Shown: positions 14,270 to 27,700 of the stretch, piece after piece
Layout of the letters: every line of letters begins with the position of its first letter
How positions within the stretch are numbered: position 1 is the stretch's first letter
Position numbers and translations under genes: made by a program
Source: Trichoplax adhaerens
Lineage: Eukaryota; Animalia; Placozoa
NCBI RefSeq assembly: GCF_000150275.1
Contig: NW_002060944.1
Location: 6,733,102 to 6,797,101, forward strand
Direction of reading: 5' to 3'
DNA: 64,000 nucleotides
Notes under the pieces: model-generated
Databases searched by the model: none
Told to the model about the DNA's origin: nothing
The model's input: only the letters and a program-made list of their open reading frames with translations

Positions 14270-15950
14270 TTCATTTTCGTATTGCTATCGATACCTCTTC
14301 AAAATAAAATATCATCATCGACTTAATTTCTGCTAAGTTCTCACTAGTAGGTTAAATAGCAGCAATAGATATGGGGGGGAATAAAGCACCATCAATGTGT
14401 AAAAGTAAACATAAAAAATCGATATTCTGATGGTTTCTATCAATGTATAGCTCATTTTCATATTATCATCCATGCTACTAGAGGAAATATTCAAGATTAT
14501 CAATCTGGTTTTTACTTAACCCTTACTAATTCAAGTAGAAGTAATAGATATAGATGACGAGTAGAGAATTATCAATACATTAAAGTGAAAGTAATATTTC
14601 GCATTTCTTTGCTAACTTTATCCAAGATTATTAATTCGAGATTATTAGTTTGACTTCCGTAAAACCATTGCTACCAGTTTAAGTGGAAGTCATAAATATA
14701 GCTAGTGCAAAAATATCAATTTTATTAAACAATAATAATTGATTTTCTTTACTATCTCTATCCATTTGTAATAAATTTTCATGTTACCATTCATACTACT
14801 TGAGGAATAGTCAAGATTATCAATCTGATTTCCACTGAACCCTTGCTAATTTAAGTAGGAATAATAGATATGGAAAATAAGAGAGAATTATCAATGCAAT
14901 AAAGTGAAAGTAATCGGTGATGTTTCTTTACTAACTCTATCTAGGATTATTAATTCAAATTTCGCTGAATCATTACGACCAATATAAGTGGAAGTAATAG
15001 ATACAGATAACTAGTATAAAACTATCAGTTTTATTAAAAAAGTAATAATAGATACGCGTATTCTTTACCATCTCTATCCATTTTGTGATTTATTTTGAAA
15101 TTGTCATCTATACAGTTTGAGGAATAACCAAGATTATCAATTGATTTCTGCTAAATTCTTGCTACCAATTTAAGTAGAAATAGCGGATATAGATAACATG
15201 CAGAAAATTACCAACGAATTAAAATTAAAAATAATAATTGATATTCATTACTAGCCCTATCCATTTATAATTCGCTTTTATATTCCTCAATGCTTGAGAA
15301 AATAGCTAGGACTATCAATTCTATTCCTATTAAATACTTTCTAGTCTAAGTAAAAATGATGGATATACAGTAGATAAAAATTAAATATAAAAATTGATAT
15401 TCTTTACCATCTCTATCTATTCATGATCCATTTTCACGTTACTGTGCATGCTTGAAAAATAGTAAAGACTATCATTTTGATCTCTATTGAACCTTGCTAT
15501 AGTTTTAAATAGAAATAATGGATATAGATAACAAGTAGAAAATTAGCAATGAATTACAATGGAAAATAAAAATTGATTTACTTTGCTATTTCTATCTATT
15601 CATGATCCGTTTTCATATTACCATTTGTGCTTGAGGGATAACCCAAATTATTAATTTGGTTTTCACTGAACCTTGCTTCAAATTCAAATAAAAGTGATGG
15701 TACAGATGATAAAATAGGAAATTATCGACGAAAAATGAAGTAATAAATTAATACTCTTTACTATTTCCAACCATTTATGATTTCATTTTTATATTGCCAT
15801 CCATACTGATAGAAGAAATAGCCAAGGTGATTTATTCGAATTCCCTTGAACCCTTCACATCAATTCAAATAAAAGCATCGATAATAAGTTGAGAATAAGC
15901 TTTGCTTAAAAATGAAAATAAAAATTGATATTCTTTACTATTCGTCGATC
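14270..15950. repeat. Degenerate tandem array, about 160-180-bp unit, roughly 9-10 copies
   Basis: gaggaata..caagattatcaat.tg.tt...ctgaaccttgcta...aagtagaa.taat.gatatag recurs near 14480, 14800, 15118, 15295, 15452, 15632 and 15810, with interleaved variant units. Confidence 0.8.
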
Positions 15951-17388
15951 ATCATTCTTGATTTACACCTGTATACATATTACATATTGTAGTATAGAGG
16001 GGTGGATTGTATTCAATAGATAATATTATTCATTTTATTGATTAATACAATAGACAAAAATATTGATAGATTATTCAAGTCCGTTATCAAGAGCCTCTTT
16101 ATTGGCTGATGTGTTATGCTTAAAATGTCATTATCTGTCATAGTTAGGATTGATAAATAATAATATCTGAGCCCATGACTAGGATGGATGGTCTATAAAG
16201 AGACAGGGATCTATTTCGACACATCCATTGATACTTAGGTATAAATACATTGAAATTGTTGATGATTTGAAGATTTGTCTACTTCTATTTATCATCCTGT
16301 CGAAAAGTATTAGTCCATCTCTTACAATCCATTATATAATCTAACGACATCGATTTCAATTGCCTTACCTGTACGGACATTTATTCCTAAATTGATTTGC
16401 CTGAAGCTAAAGGATGAACATTAACTGTAACATTGTTCTATGACTACATGTAGAACTTAAGCTCGATCGCGATCAGTCGAAAATAAAAAGTTGAAAGACT
16501 GGTAAAGAGGTGATTACTATATTGATTGGATAAGTAAAAAGCGATAAATTATTACTAAACTTGCAACAAGCCACGGAAAGATACCTTAACAACTTGTTCT
16601 ATCTGTTATCAAGCGACTTAAACCATGGTTGAAATAAATTAAAGATATCAGTACCCATTTAAAAGGAAAGAATAAGATTATAATAGAATTCGTCTATGGT
16701 CATGTCTAATCTACTTTTAAGTAAACAAGGTTAACAATTTGATAGACGCTTGAATCAATACTCCTATTTCGCCATTTGCAATAGGTATCGATATACCAAT
16801 CCAAGAGATAAAAAAATCATTTTAAAGGTATGATCATAAATTTAATAGCTAAATTGACGTTAAAACTTAGACTAAAGAGCGTAAATATTACACAAATATA
16901 ATCAGTCTACAAACAACATTAATACTAAATCCCTTATTTATAATTAAACGAGCACTTAGTAATCTGAATAAGAATAGTACTCCTCCATTTTTCCTTTCCT
17001 CCTTGCTTAACAAAAATAAAACTAAAATAATACTATTTTGAAGCAACAATCAATGTTCTTCATTGGTTTATTGCCGTAAAATTTTTTATACTTCTTATTT
17101 GGATATCTCTAATGCAGCTATAAACGAGCGCATCCAATCCCGGTATAAGTAAACTTTAGAAATGATGATGTGCTATTCTAACAACTACATGATCTGTTTG
17201 TTGAAGAGAAAATATTTTTCTATCTATTGATTTATTTCTTCTTAAAGCTTTAAGGGGTTTTAGTACTATTCTATGATCTTGTGTAGATATACTACTAATA
17301 ATTTTCTTCGACATTTATGCATTGATTAGGCTATAAGATTAGAGTGTTGTTCAAGCCAACAGTAAACTTTTATCAATTCTTTATCATC

Positions 17389-17515
17389 ATGAATCCTTGT
17401 CAATCGGAAGATAAAGCACATCATTCTCGCTATAAAAAAGTTCGTTTCTCCACTAATTTGACTAACTGCAAACGTTTCAAAAGCAATAACCAAAAAGAAC
17501 CAACTCAAGATGATG
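17389..17515 (+). CDS. Candidate distant first coding exon of the Cav3 gene (MNPCQSEDKAHHSRYKKVRFSTNLTNCKRFKSNNQKEPTQDD+1 nt)
   Basis: ATG-initiated open frame of 42 codons plus 1 nt, ending at a perfect G|GTAAGT donor. Its phase 1 matches the acceptor at 47897-47898 (G+TT GAT ATG = V-D-M). The hydrophilic composition resembles the next exon. The linkage is inferred only. Confidence 0.5.
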
Positions 17516-18279
17516 GTAAGTGAATATGAGAATGGACATAATCCATCTATTTAATCTTCTTCTTTGGATCTACTCTTTCGGTAAAAATGGAAGAGTTACA
17601 ATCTACGATCATCATAAAGAGTAAGATGATCTATAATTTTTGTTCATTTTTTGCCTAAAGATTTTAATAGCTAGGTAACTAAACCCAGTTTGATTTTTTA
17701 AACTTTCATGATAACTACGAATTGGAATATAATCTATGATCGATAGGCAATACCACCTACTATTTTCTAATTTTCTGAGTCAATGACTACAATATCCAAA
17801 TAAGTAAATCTATTGAAATTTTATGACTACCAAGACAAATACATTTTAATGACCCTTATAGCATAGCTAGTTGTCATTATTTTTTAATCTCTTCTATCCA
17901 AGCGATAGACTATCCTTCCGATAATATTAAATCAATTTTATAGGGATCAAGATAACTCTCTTTTCAACAGGAGGGTTAACGGCTTAAGGGCAATTTAGAA
18001 AAAGAAAGAACATCTTTATAAGTAAGTTAAAAGTGGATCGACTTCCTATGCTATAGTATTGTTTTTGATAAAGATGGTGGTTTCAAATTGACCTTACAAG
18101 TTAATTTAAGGGCTCTAATAGATTGCTGATCATATTCAAATTGATCATATCATGGAATAGAATAAACAGCCCAGATATTCTTGCCTTGATCATCTCCAAT
18201 ATTCTTATCACTATACTTAGGATTACCCTTTAATCCATGAAATTATATTCAATGAATTATCATAAAATAGAAGACAAGA

Positions 18280-18300
18280 CTCTCTTTCTCTCTCTCTCTT
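18280..18300. repeat. Imperfect (CT)n microsatellite
   Basis: Read directly from the sequence. Confidence 0.8.
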
Positions 18301-19329
18301 CCTTTAACTTGCTCTTGCTGTCTATCATATCTATGTTTGTATCAAGGATGCTTCCTTACTCTTTTCTTGTTATTGTGCTGAAAGTCAAGAAAAGTTTTTC
18401 TCCAATAATTATACCCTGTAGATGTAAGAGCTTTGTGGCTGTCATTGATCCTCTCACTGAAAATGACAGAAATAAGGAAAACTCTTATGTTAGGGAAAAA
18501 TTTTTTCCAAAACCTAATCCTATCAGCCAACGAGAAATAAGACAAGATTGTCAATTTTGTTTTATGTTTACTATTTTTCTATCTAGTCTGCTTATTTAAT
18601 CTGTGTTTAATTTTATTTACTAAGCATAAGTTACTGTAGTCATTTTAACCTACTTTTATCGTTTTCATTTCAATTCAATAAATAGTAAAGAAATGATTTT
18701 TCTTGTCTACAGCGAGAATTATTAGTCGAAATAGTTTAAATCAGCTAATAATTACTTTTATGAAATTGACTGGCTCTTTCAATACTAGTACAATTGAAAA
18801 TGGAACATAACTATAGCGATAATATAATTTAATTTAGCCTGTATAACAAGTAGGGATTCATTTTCTATATCACATTTTACACTCCTACTCATTTTGTCTG
18901 AAAGCTGTCCAATAGACATTTGGATGGCACAACTGATATATGCCGTAGTGACAAGCACCTTTCTCAAGTGAATAACGATAGCTTTCCTATCTTCCGTTTA
19001 TTAACACCTAAGATTGGTAAAGTCGAAAGCAATTGGATAACATCCGCATTATTCAAAATAGCTCTGTGTACTTTTGAAAAATGACATTTTTTTCAATACT
19101 TTTACCCTGGTTAGAGTTTAAATGGATAGCAAGGGGTATTAATGCTATCCATATTTTAGGGAAACCACCTATTTTACTCTATTTCTATCATAAAAATCTT
19201 GCCATATCAGCTATATTCCATAACTTAATTGATTTTATGAAATCGATTATAGTGCGGTAGTCATGCCTATGATTTATTCGGGTTTTTTATAAATCTCATA
19301 TTCCTTTCCTACCTTCTATATTGATTATT

Positions 19330-20400
19330 TGGGCAATTAATTTCTATTATATTGATGAGTATTTTGGGTTCATAGCTCAGAAAAAGAATTACAAATATGA
19401 AATAATTTATCTTCACCTTTATCCTAAAAGCAATCAAACCTCCGATGAATTTAGACTTATTTTACCTTTCGATTTACTGGAGAATATGAAATGTCTTCCT
19501 AATTGATCCTGACTTTTAACTTCTCACTCCATCATTAAAATTTATTATATTCCAAGCGTCTTTATAATACTGATTACGCTGAAAGTATTGCTATAGTTCT
19601 GACAGCAATACATGGCTTACAATTAGACAAGAACGACACGTATACACTAATCAATAATATCTTACCCCTTACGACAATCAGACTCAGATGAATTTAGACT
19701 AATTTTATCTTTAGACTTATCGAAGATAAATGAATATATTCCTAAGAATTTATTACATTTTAAACTCTTCTCTACCGTCAATAGGTAGAAAATATTGCTC
19801 TATCTCAGTCGATTATTCATGGCTTGAAAATATAGGAGAACTACTCGAATAAAGTAATCAATAATATCTCTTATGCTACATTATTGATAAGTAGAAAGGT
19901 TTGCTAAAATTTCGACCTGTTATCTATGACTTGCTCTTTTGGTTTACAGGGAAAAAATTGAATATCTTTCGAACAGATTATAGCTTTCAACTACTTACTC
20001 AATCATTCAATCCCTAGCATTCTAAACTCTACCATACCATTGATACGCAGAAAAATATCACCATTTCTCCGATAGGAGTTTATGCCTTAAAACTACGCGG
20101 GAATGACGTGAATAATAATGATTCTGGCTTTTATAGCTCTATTATCAAACTCCACTGGACTATCAATAGGCAGAAAGAGTTGCAATATTTCCGATAAGTG
20201 TCCATGACTTAAAATTATACTAGAATGATACGAATAAAATAATTTGTTTATCTCTATCTTAGTCCTTATGTGACAATCAGATTTTAATGAGTTTAGATTT
20301 ATTTTGTCTTTTCGATGACTGGAAACAACTGGATATATTCCCCACTGGTGATCACTTTTAACTTCCTATTCTATCTTTAAAATTCGTCAAAATTTTCTGC
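19330..20400. repeat. Degenerate tandem array with mixed subunits
   Basis: caatca.a.t...atga.tttaga.tt.atttt occurs at about 19431, 19673 and 20272. aaactc....ac..tcaatagg.agaaa occurs at about 19762, 20024 and 20147. Confidence 0.7.
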
Positions 20401-20969
20401 ACTATCTATAGACAGGGATAAGTTATAGCAACTTTGATTACAGCTTCTATCCGTTGTCACACTTCTTCCCTTACTTTCATGCTATAAATGCGCTATTCTA
20501 CCTTAAGGGCATTGATAAACAGTATCTATTGCAATTGTTCTTAGACGTAACGTGTTAAAGCTAACATTAGATTTTTGTTCGAAAATAAATGAAACTGTCT
20601 TATTGAATAGTTTATCTCCGGTATTTTTCTATGAGTGTTTGGATACTATGATCATAGTTTTCATTCACAGAATCAATATCTCTTCGTAGTCTTGCCATGA
20701 TCGAAGGGTATTTGCCAATTTAATTGTTTTACAAGTGAAAAAAAACTCATAAAGAAGTTGCAATTTTTTTATTCTATTTCAATCTGTTTATGATGGATTT
20801 GGAAAATTATTTCAAGATTAAATTTAATAAATCGTCTCTAATGAATAACTTCACCTTAAATCTGTGATTTCTATTACATTTTTAAATCTAAAATGCTCGC
20901 TTGTCCTCCATACTATCCATTTCTTCGTATCGGCTATTTGGGATAGTTAATTTAGCTCATTAATATACA

Positions 20970-21727
20970 AGATGTTCAATTTCTAGATTGCGATCAAGCT
21001 GCACAACTCTTCTAACCCTATCAGTACATTTAATGCTATTAATAGCTTCATATGATTATAAAATACTGATTAGACAAGGACATGTAATTTCAATTTAACC
21101 CTCAAAGCATCTGTATTTTATCACTATGTCATCCAGTACTTTAATTCTTCTTTAAGTGATTTTGATATGCTAAAGGATAAGAATACATCGATTTCTCGCT
21201 TGCATCACTTACAGAGTCTACATCCTTTATCATTATGTGAGCTCAACAATTCAGACCACTTTTTTCTACGATCGTAAATGTCATGATTAGATGCTGAATG
21301 CTGTTCCAAGCAGTTATTGTCATTCTACGTAAAAGAGAAAATACTTCAAGTATTCTAAGAAGATCTAGATGTTCAATTTTTGGCTTACGATCAATCTTTG
21401 AAACTCTTCTAACCTATCAGTATATTTAATGTTATTAATGATTTTTCCATGCGATCATAAAATAAGGATTAGACAGGGACATGCAATTTCAGGCTTCAAG
21501 TTTAAATGATGATGATTTGCTAAAGGATAAGGATGTATTGATTTCTCGCTTGCTACAACCCTAACAGAGTCTACATTTTTTATCATAATAGGAGCTCAAT
21601 AATTCAAACTACTTCCTTATACAATCATAAATGTCATAATTAAATGCTAAAAGCTACTTAAAGCAGTTATTGTCCATTCTATTTAAAAGAAGAAATACTT
21701 CAATTATTTTGACAAGATCTAGATATT
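20970..21727. repeat. Tandem duplication of about 397 bp (2 copies, the second with an internal deletion)
   Basis: gatgttcaatt at 20971 and 21368. Shared blocks include tgctaaaggataag, gatttctcgcttgc, acagagtctacat, aagcagttattgtc and agatctagat. Confidence 0.9.
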
Positions 21728-24700
21728 TAATCAGCAATATAAATATAAATCAGATGAAAGGATGGCATGTTTTCAAAAAGAGTTGAGTCTTCTTACCCCT
21801 CGGGTGCTTTTCTTGCGGGACACTATCTAGTCAATAGTTAAATTTCAACACAAAGTAATATCTGGATAAAAACCTTTCTGCTTAATCTAATCTGCGATAC
21901 GTAGACCTTTTCTTACAGTTCTTGAAGCTATTGTCGGCAAATTTTTAAATACTTATTAGATTTCATCTGAATCCTATATTTCGTTAAGCAATCAATATTT
22001 ATAAGAATAAAAACGACGCTGATCATTCGATTGAATATAATGTAGAAAAAATTTATCCGGGCTAAATCTAGTACATTTCGTAAAATAGATGATAAATTTA
22101 TAATACGGCTCATAAAACAGTTACCAGGTAGAATAATCTAATGTATCTTTAGGCTTAAACTTTAAAGATGGGATAATGCGTTATTTTAGATTAAAGGTAA
22201 AGATAAAACGAAAGAACCATCATATATGGTTTGTTAATATATTTAAAGCATAATTCAGAAATAATAACAGCTTTCTTGGGATAGCCAGTCGAACTTTTTT
22301 ATCTTTTAAGTTCAAGTAATGTAAAAAACTTTCAGGTGCGATCTGACGCTTTTAATTCTACCTCAGAAATAGCCATAATTTTTGGTATATAATCAGTATT
22401 ATCTTACGTGAATTTGATTAAAGAAATAGACTTCCTAGCATATTATTCATTTTGAATCTAAAGTACTGTAGAAAATCCATCAAATACGGTATAAATTAAG
22501 AGATCTTCAGCTATTTTCCAGAAAATAACCTTAACCTAGCACATTCTAAGAACATCTCAGAAATGATAAATATTTTCATGACTAAAGATAAAGGATTTTG
22601 TAGAGAAGAAATTCTTAATAGCGAATAGCTGCTTCTATTCACAATGGCACTCTAATAGATAAGCTTTCGAATGAAGGTAGAAATAAAGAGGTTTTAAAGG
22701 AGTCCTCGGCTCTTTTATAATAGCACAATTAAGGAATTAAGAGGAAACTATTTACTCACAATTATGCATCAGTCATACAGACTTTTACTTTAGTTTTATA
22801 GTATCCAGCCATATATGTAATTTATAATTGAATCACCCATCTAATTCATCAATTTTTAAATTGCATTAGTAAAATTCATTTTATCGGTACAATCGCGACG
22901 GTCTATACAAGTATGTTCTAACTAGATCCATTAGATGAATTGGATAAGCCCTCAGATAAATTGGAGTGAAGTTTTGAAACGTAAGGAAATAAATTACTAG
23001 TCTTGGGTACTTTTAGCAATATCTGCTCAAATCCATTTTATTGGTATAATTATGATGACCTACATAAGTATGTGCTAATTAGATGCATTTAATGGAGTAA
23101 ATATTTCGTCAGACAAATTGGAATGGAGCTTAAAAATATAAAAAATAAATTATCAAGCTTGGGTACTTTAATAATAACTATGATTATGAGGACTTTGAAG
23201 AGCCGTTCTTCTATGATAATACGCAGGGAAGAAGAGTATAGTTACGAGTCTGTCGATAATAAGTAAAAACGGTGATGTATCTTCCATATTTGATATACAC
23301 AAAATCTGACGAAATTGTACAATAAACTGAGAGAAATACTTCATCAATCAATTTCTCTGTTTGACTTATTCATGAAAATTCGAAAGTAAATGCTTGCTAT
23401 GCAACGTCATATGCGTTACCTGATCTTTTTATACCATCATTTAATCATTAAGTTAGTCGTTTATTCATTTATAGCTTGAATTAGTCCAGAACAAAGTCGA
23501 AAACTATGTAGCATTTATACATTTACGCTGATTGAAGTTGAGCTTTCGTATACTTGATTACCGTATCGTAACTATCACTAATAATACAAATTTCATTACT
23601 AAATATCGCATATAAATCTCTCTCTAACTTGGCAGAAAGTAATCTAAAAGAAAGTGATTAGCGAAGGTTAATTGTTGCAGCCAGTCATCTGACTTAAACA
23701 CCGTAAGCATGAACAATAAAATACCTAGTTAGGAAATAGGGACCATATATCTTATGCATTAATTGAAATAGAACTTAAGAAAAGGCATAAATCAAATTAC
23801 TGCAGATTAATAGCTGTATTTGACTTAGCTATATGAACTTGAACAATATCAAAATGAGCTAAACCTAGATAGTATCCACATCGAAGTTTTAAGCCATCTG
23901 AAAAGGGTGCATGTAAGAAAATGGACGTATCAAATCACGATAATAGTAAATTCTGCCAATTTTAGTCCGCTAACAGTTAGTTCACTTTGTTCATATCCTT
24001 CTATATCTTATAAGAAACAATGGATAGCTGCTAAAACTATAAGTTTTTGAATGGCCAATAACTCTGAACGACAGCCACAATAACATTGATTAAACAATCA
24101 ACGAATGAATAGAATGCTGTCATAAAAGTTTAAATTACCTTCCTGTAAAAGCAATCTCAATTCTGTTTGTTGCCAGAAGTAGTAAATTCGGACAAATAAA
24201 ACTATGAATCCACACAATTCATTCAATTTTAATGATTCTACGGTACTAGTCATTAGCCACGTTGCAGTAATAAATGATAATTTTATTAACTATATATTTA
24301 TACCTTATGCAATCTAAATCTACACGTTTCCCATACGGGCACAGGGTAAGAATAACTAGTATACTGTATATGCGTATTTATGTGCATATAAGTAGCAGTA
24401 GAAAGTATAATCGAAAGCTCCCCTCAATGTCATACTGATTGATTACCGTGGGCGCTTTGTGAAGATAAATGTAGTGGTTTACTTATTATACTGGTAATCG
24501 AAGCATTTATTGAACAATATACAGCATAGCTAGCTCCATAACAGATTCAATTAATACCTATCGCAATTTAGATCATACGATTGTGTTCATAGTTCTTATG
24601 AAATGTGCCTAAATGCGAGATAGAAATTATTAATTTCTTATTTGACATCGCCTAGGAGATCAGACATTGCTTATTGTTTAGACACAAGATTTCGATGAGA

Positions 24701-27700
24701 TGCAGTAACATTATCTCAGAATAGGACATTGGCGGCCATTATTGACTCTAATGTAGACACAAATTCTATGATACATAAAAGGAGAATTATTCTGTAATAA
24801 ACCTATCCATCTTATGTTTGGAAAATAAATTTGATTCACAATTGCAGTTAATTAAACCTATGTGAATTGCCTATAAGACTATAATAATGCTTTCTCCATA
24901 TGATAATCGTCTGCATAGGATCGAATGACAAAGTTTTTCAGTCCAATTCTTTCCAGGAAATTGAATTACGATATGCTTGGAATATTTTTATTGTAATGGC
25001 CTAGTAATAATTACATTATTAACGTTTTTCCGCTAAATGGTGTTAACTGTTTTCCTTACTGAACAACATAATCGGAAAGCCTTCTATTATTATTGTACTT
25101 TTGTATATACATGAACTTATTTAGATTTCTTTCGTGACCTCCAGTTCATTTCCACATATTATTTATACGCATGCATGCAAACTATTCAATCATTGAGAAT
25201 ATAATAAGTAATCTTTAAAGTTGACAAATAAGAGAAGATAGATCAACATATTTATTAATTAAAACTAAGCCATCGGCACCATGTAGTGTTTTATGATGCT
25301 TCATACTTACATTTTAAAAGATTTTAGAGCAACCAGCTTTATAAATTTTTACTTTATTCAAGCATAAATTATAATTTTACCTTGAGAAACTATCTTAAAT
25401 CATATGTTGTCTGCTACTAGTATAATAGGAATTCAATTTGAGAATTGTATGCTGATTGCAATGCTACAGTTACTGCAGCGACAACAGCTAATCATTTTAG
25501 GGCAAGAAACTACTCTTAATCAATAAGTGTGTGATTTTTATCACAGTAAGTATTTATATAATGAAAATTATTAGTTAGTTTTACTGTAGTAGAGAGTAGT
25601 AAGGGTGATAGATAAATAATCATTCATGGAAATAATTGACCTTAAATAACTTTAATTCAATTTATATTATCAACGTAAATTTAGGTATAAGTACGATAAG
25701 CCTGCAGTAGGAATATGGCAGCAGAAACTCTAACCAATGTTAGGGAAACAATCCTTAAATTACAGGATAATTAATTATCTCTGTTATCACCGCTTAAATT
25801 ATGAGAACAGCGAAATTGCCTTAGCAGCAATGATACTTAATGATCCTAGGATGAGAGATAATTTTAAACTAAAACGCCACTCATATTTTTTTATTACTTT
25901 AATAATAATTGATAAATACTAGCTTGCTGTAGCAACGTGTAGCAGTCAAGGCAAATATTCATTATATGACAAAAAAATTTATCCTTAATTATACGTTATC
26001 CGTTATCTAAGTATATAAATCTTTATGATTATAATATAGGCTTGAACTATGAGGATTGCATACATGAGTATGCTAACTATAGGTACATGCTTAGAGCAAC
26101 GACGATGATTAATCAATTTGATAAATTATTTTCAAGTGTATTTACAGTGCATAACCGTCGCAAAACAAGACGAGATCAATTCTGTTAGTTATATGCTTGT
26201 TGTCGTAATTTACAGTAGTAACGGTAGTTTAATTGCTTTGTAATTGCGTTACTTAATAATCTTTATATTTAATGTCAGGCAAGCCAATGTGATATGATAT
26301 GACTAATAAACCAAGAAATAAAGCTGAATCAGACATAGAATACGATATCAAACTGGCTGATCTCAATACTAATTCTTTCACCTATCTTTACTTTTCGTTT
26401 ACATAAGATATAAATGAACAATAAACACCTTTTTACAATCTTGCCAGCTGAATGATGGAATTTGAATATTTAGAAATCTTACATAAGTCTATAAGTTCAT
26501 GCTAATTATTATCTCGTGAAAGCAAAGATATTCGAAAATTAATAACATTAAGTGTAGATTTCGCATACAAATGTTTCTAGATCTACATTAATTTATTTCA
26601 CTTTACTGTCACGTTTTCCCTATAACACTTAATACGAGTATAATCACGAATTCGGCAGCAATGTTCGTTAGCATATACTGTACATCTATAATTTATCCAA
26701 TCCTACTGCTGATGCAGTAATAACGAAACCCTACAAAGTTAGCCTACAAATGCAGATCAAATTATTTTACAGAATCACCTTCGTTTTACTGCTAAAATTC
26801 TACTACAGTTATTCTTGACCAATGAAACTGCCTTTAAATTATTCTTTTTCAACCGGGTAAGCGCAGTTCCTTATGATAACTTTGAAATATCTGGATTCAT
26901 TTCAAAGAGAGTTTAGAATTATTTTAATGACTTGTGGTTAACTTAGATATAATTTTTTCTTTATTTTTGATGAAACCTGAGGAAATAATGTTTATACGCC
27001 TCTTTAAACAAAAATTATTATCTTAATAAACTTTAGAAATGATTCCACAATAACGATGTGAGTGTTTATTATCAACAATACTTTTAAGTATGCTATACTA
27101 TTCATATTTCTATTGATGAAATGCGGATATGGAGTGGGCTTTCGGGTACTTATATACCCATGATCAATAGGGCATGGCCTTTTACTCGATCAATTCATAA
27201 GGTTATTAGCTTCAGTAATTGATATAATATGCAAAAAGTGCAAAGTTATGACATAGTGGCCAGCTATTATAAATAGCTAATACTGAAAAAATTCGTTCAA
27301 GAAGTAGAAACACCAAGTCAAAAGTGAAGAAGTTATCGCAACGACGGGAAGGTACAATTTTTTTAATGATAGTAGGATTTTCATTATGATAACTCTGACC
27401 TTACAATAGTAAGCTAATGCTGATTAGAAAAAGATAAAAAGTTGCAGTTAACGATTTTGTTCAGAACGGCTATAAAACACGCTATGATGGGGCTTTAATA
27501 GAATTACTAATTGGATTGAAAAAACTATTGACGTAGATATAATAAGCTATGAAGAGAGAAATGATTTATTTCACATTCAATGTAGAGGCATACAACCAGT
27601 TGTTTGTTACAAATAACGAATTTATATTGCATTGGCTCACATTATTAACTTTTTACTTTAGCTGACATTTCTTAACTTGCGCTAACTATAAAAATTCTCT

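Noticed and set aside
18237-18599. 120-aa ORF and overlapping 70-aa antisense ORF
   Set aside because: Low-complexity F/L/S/I composition driven by a CT-rich tract, with no motifs or convincing splice sites.
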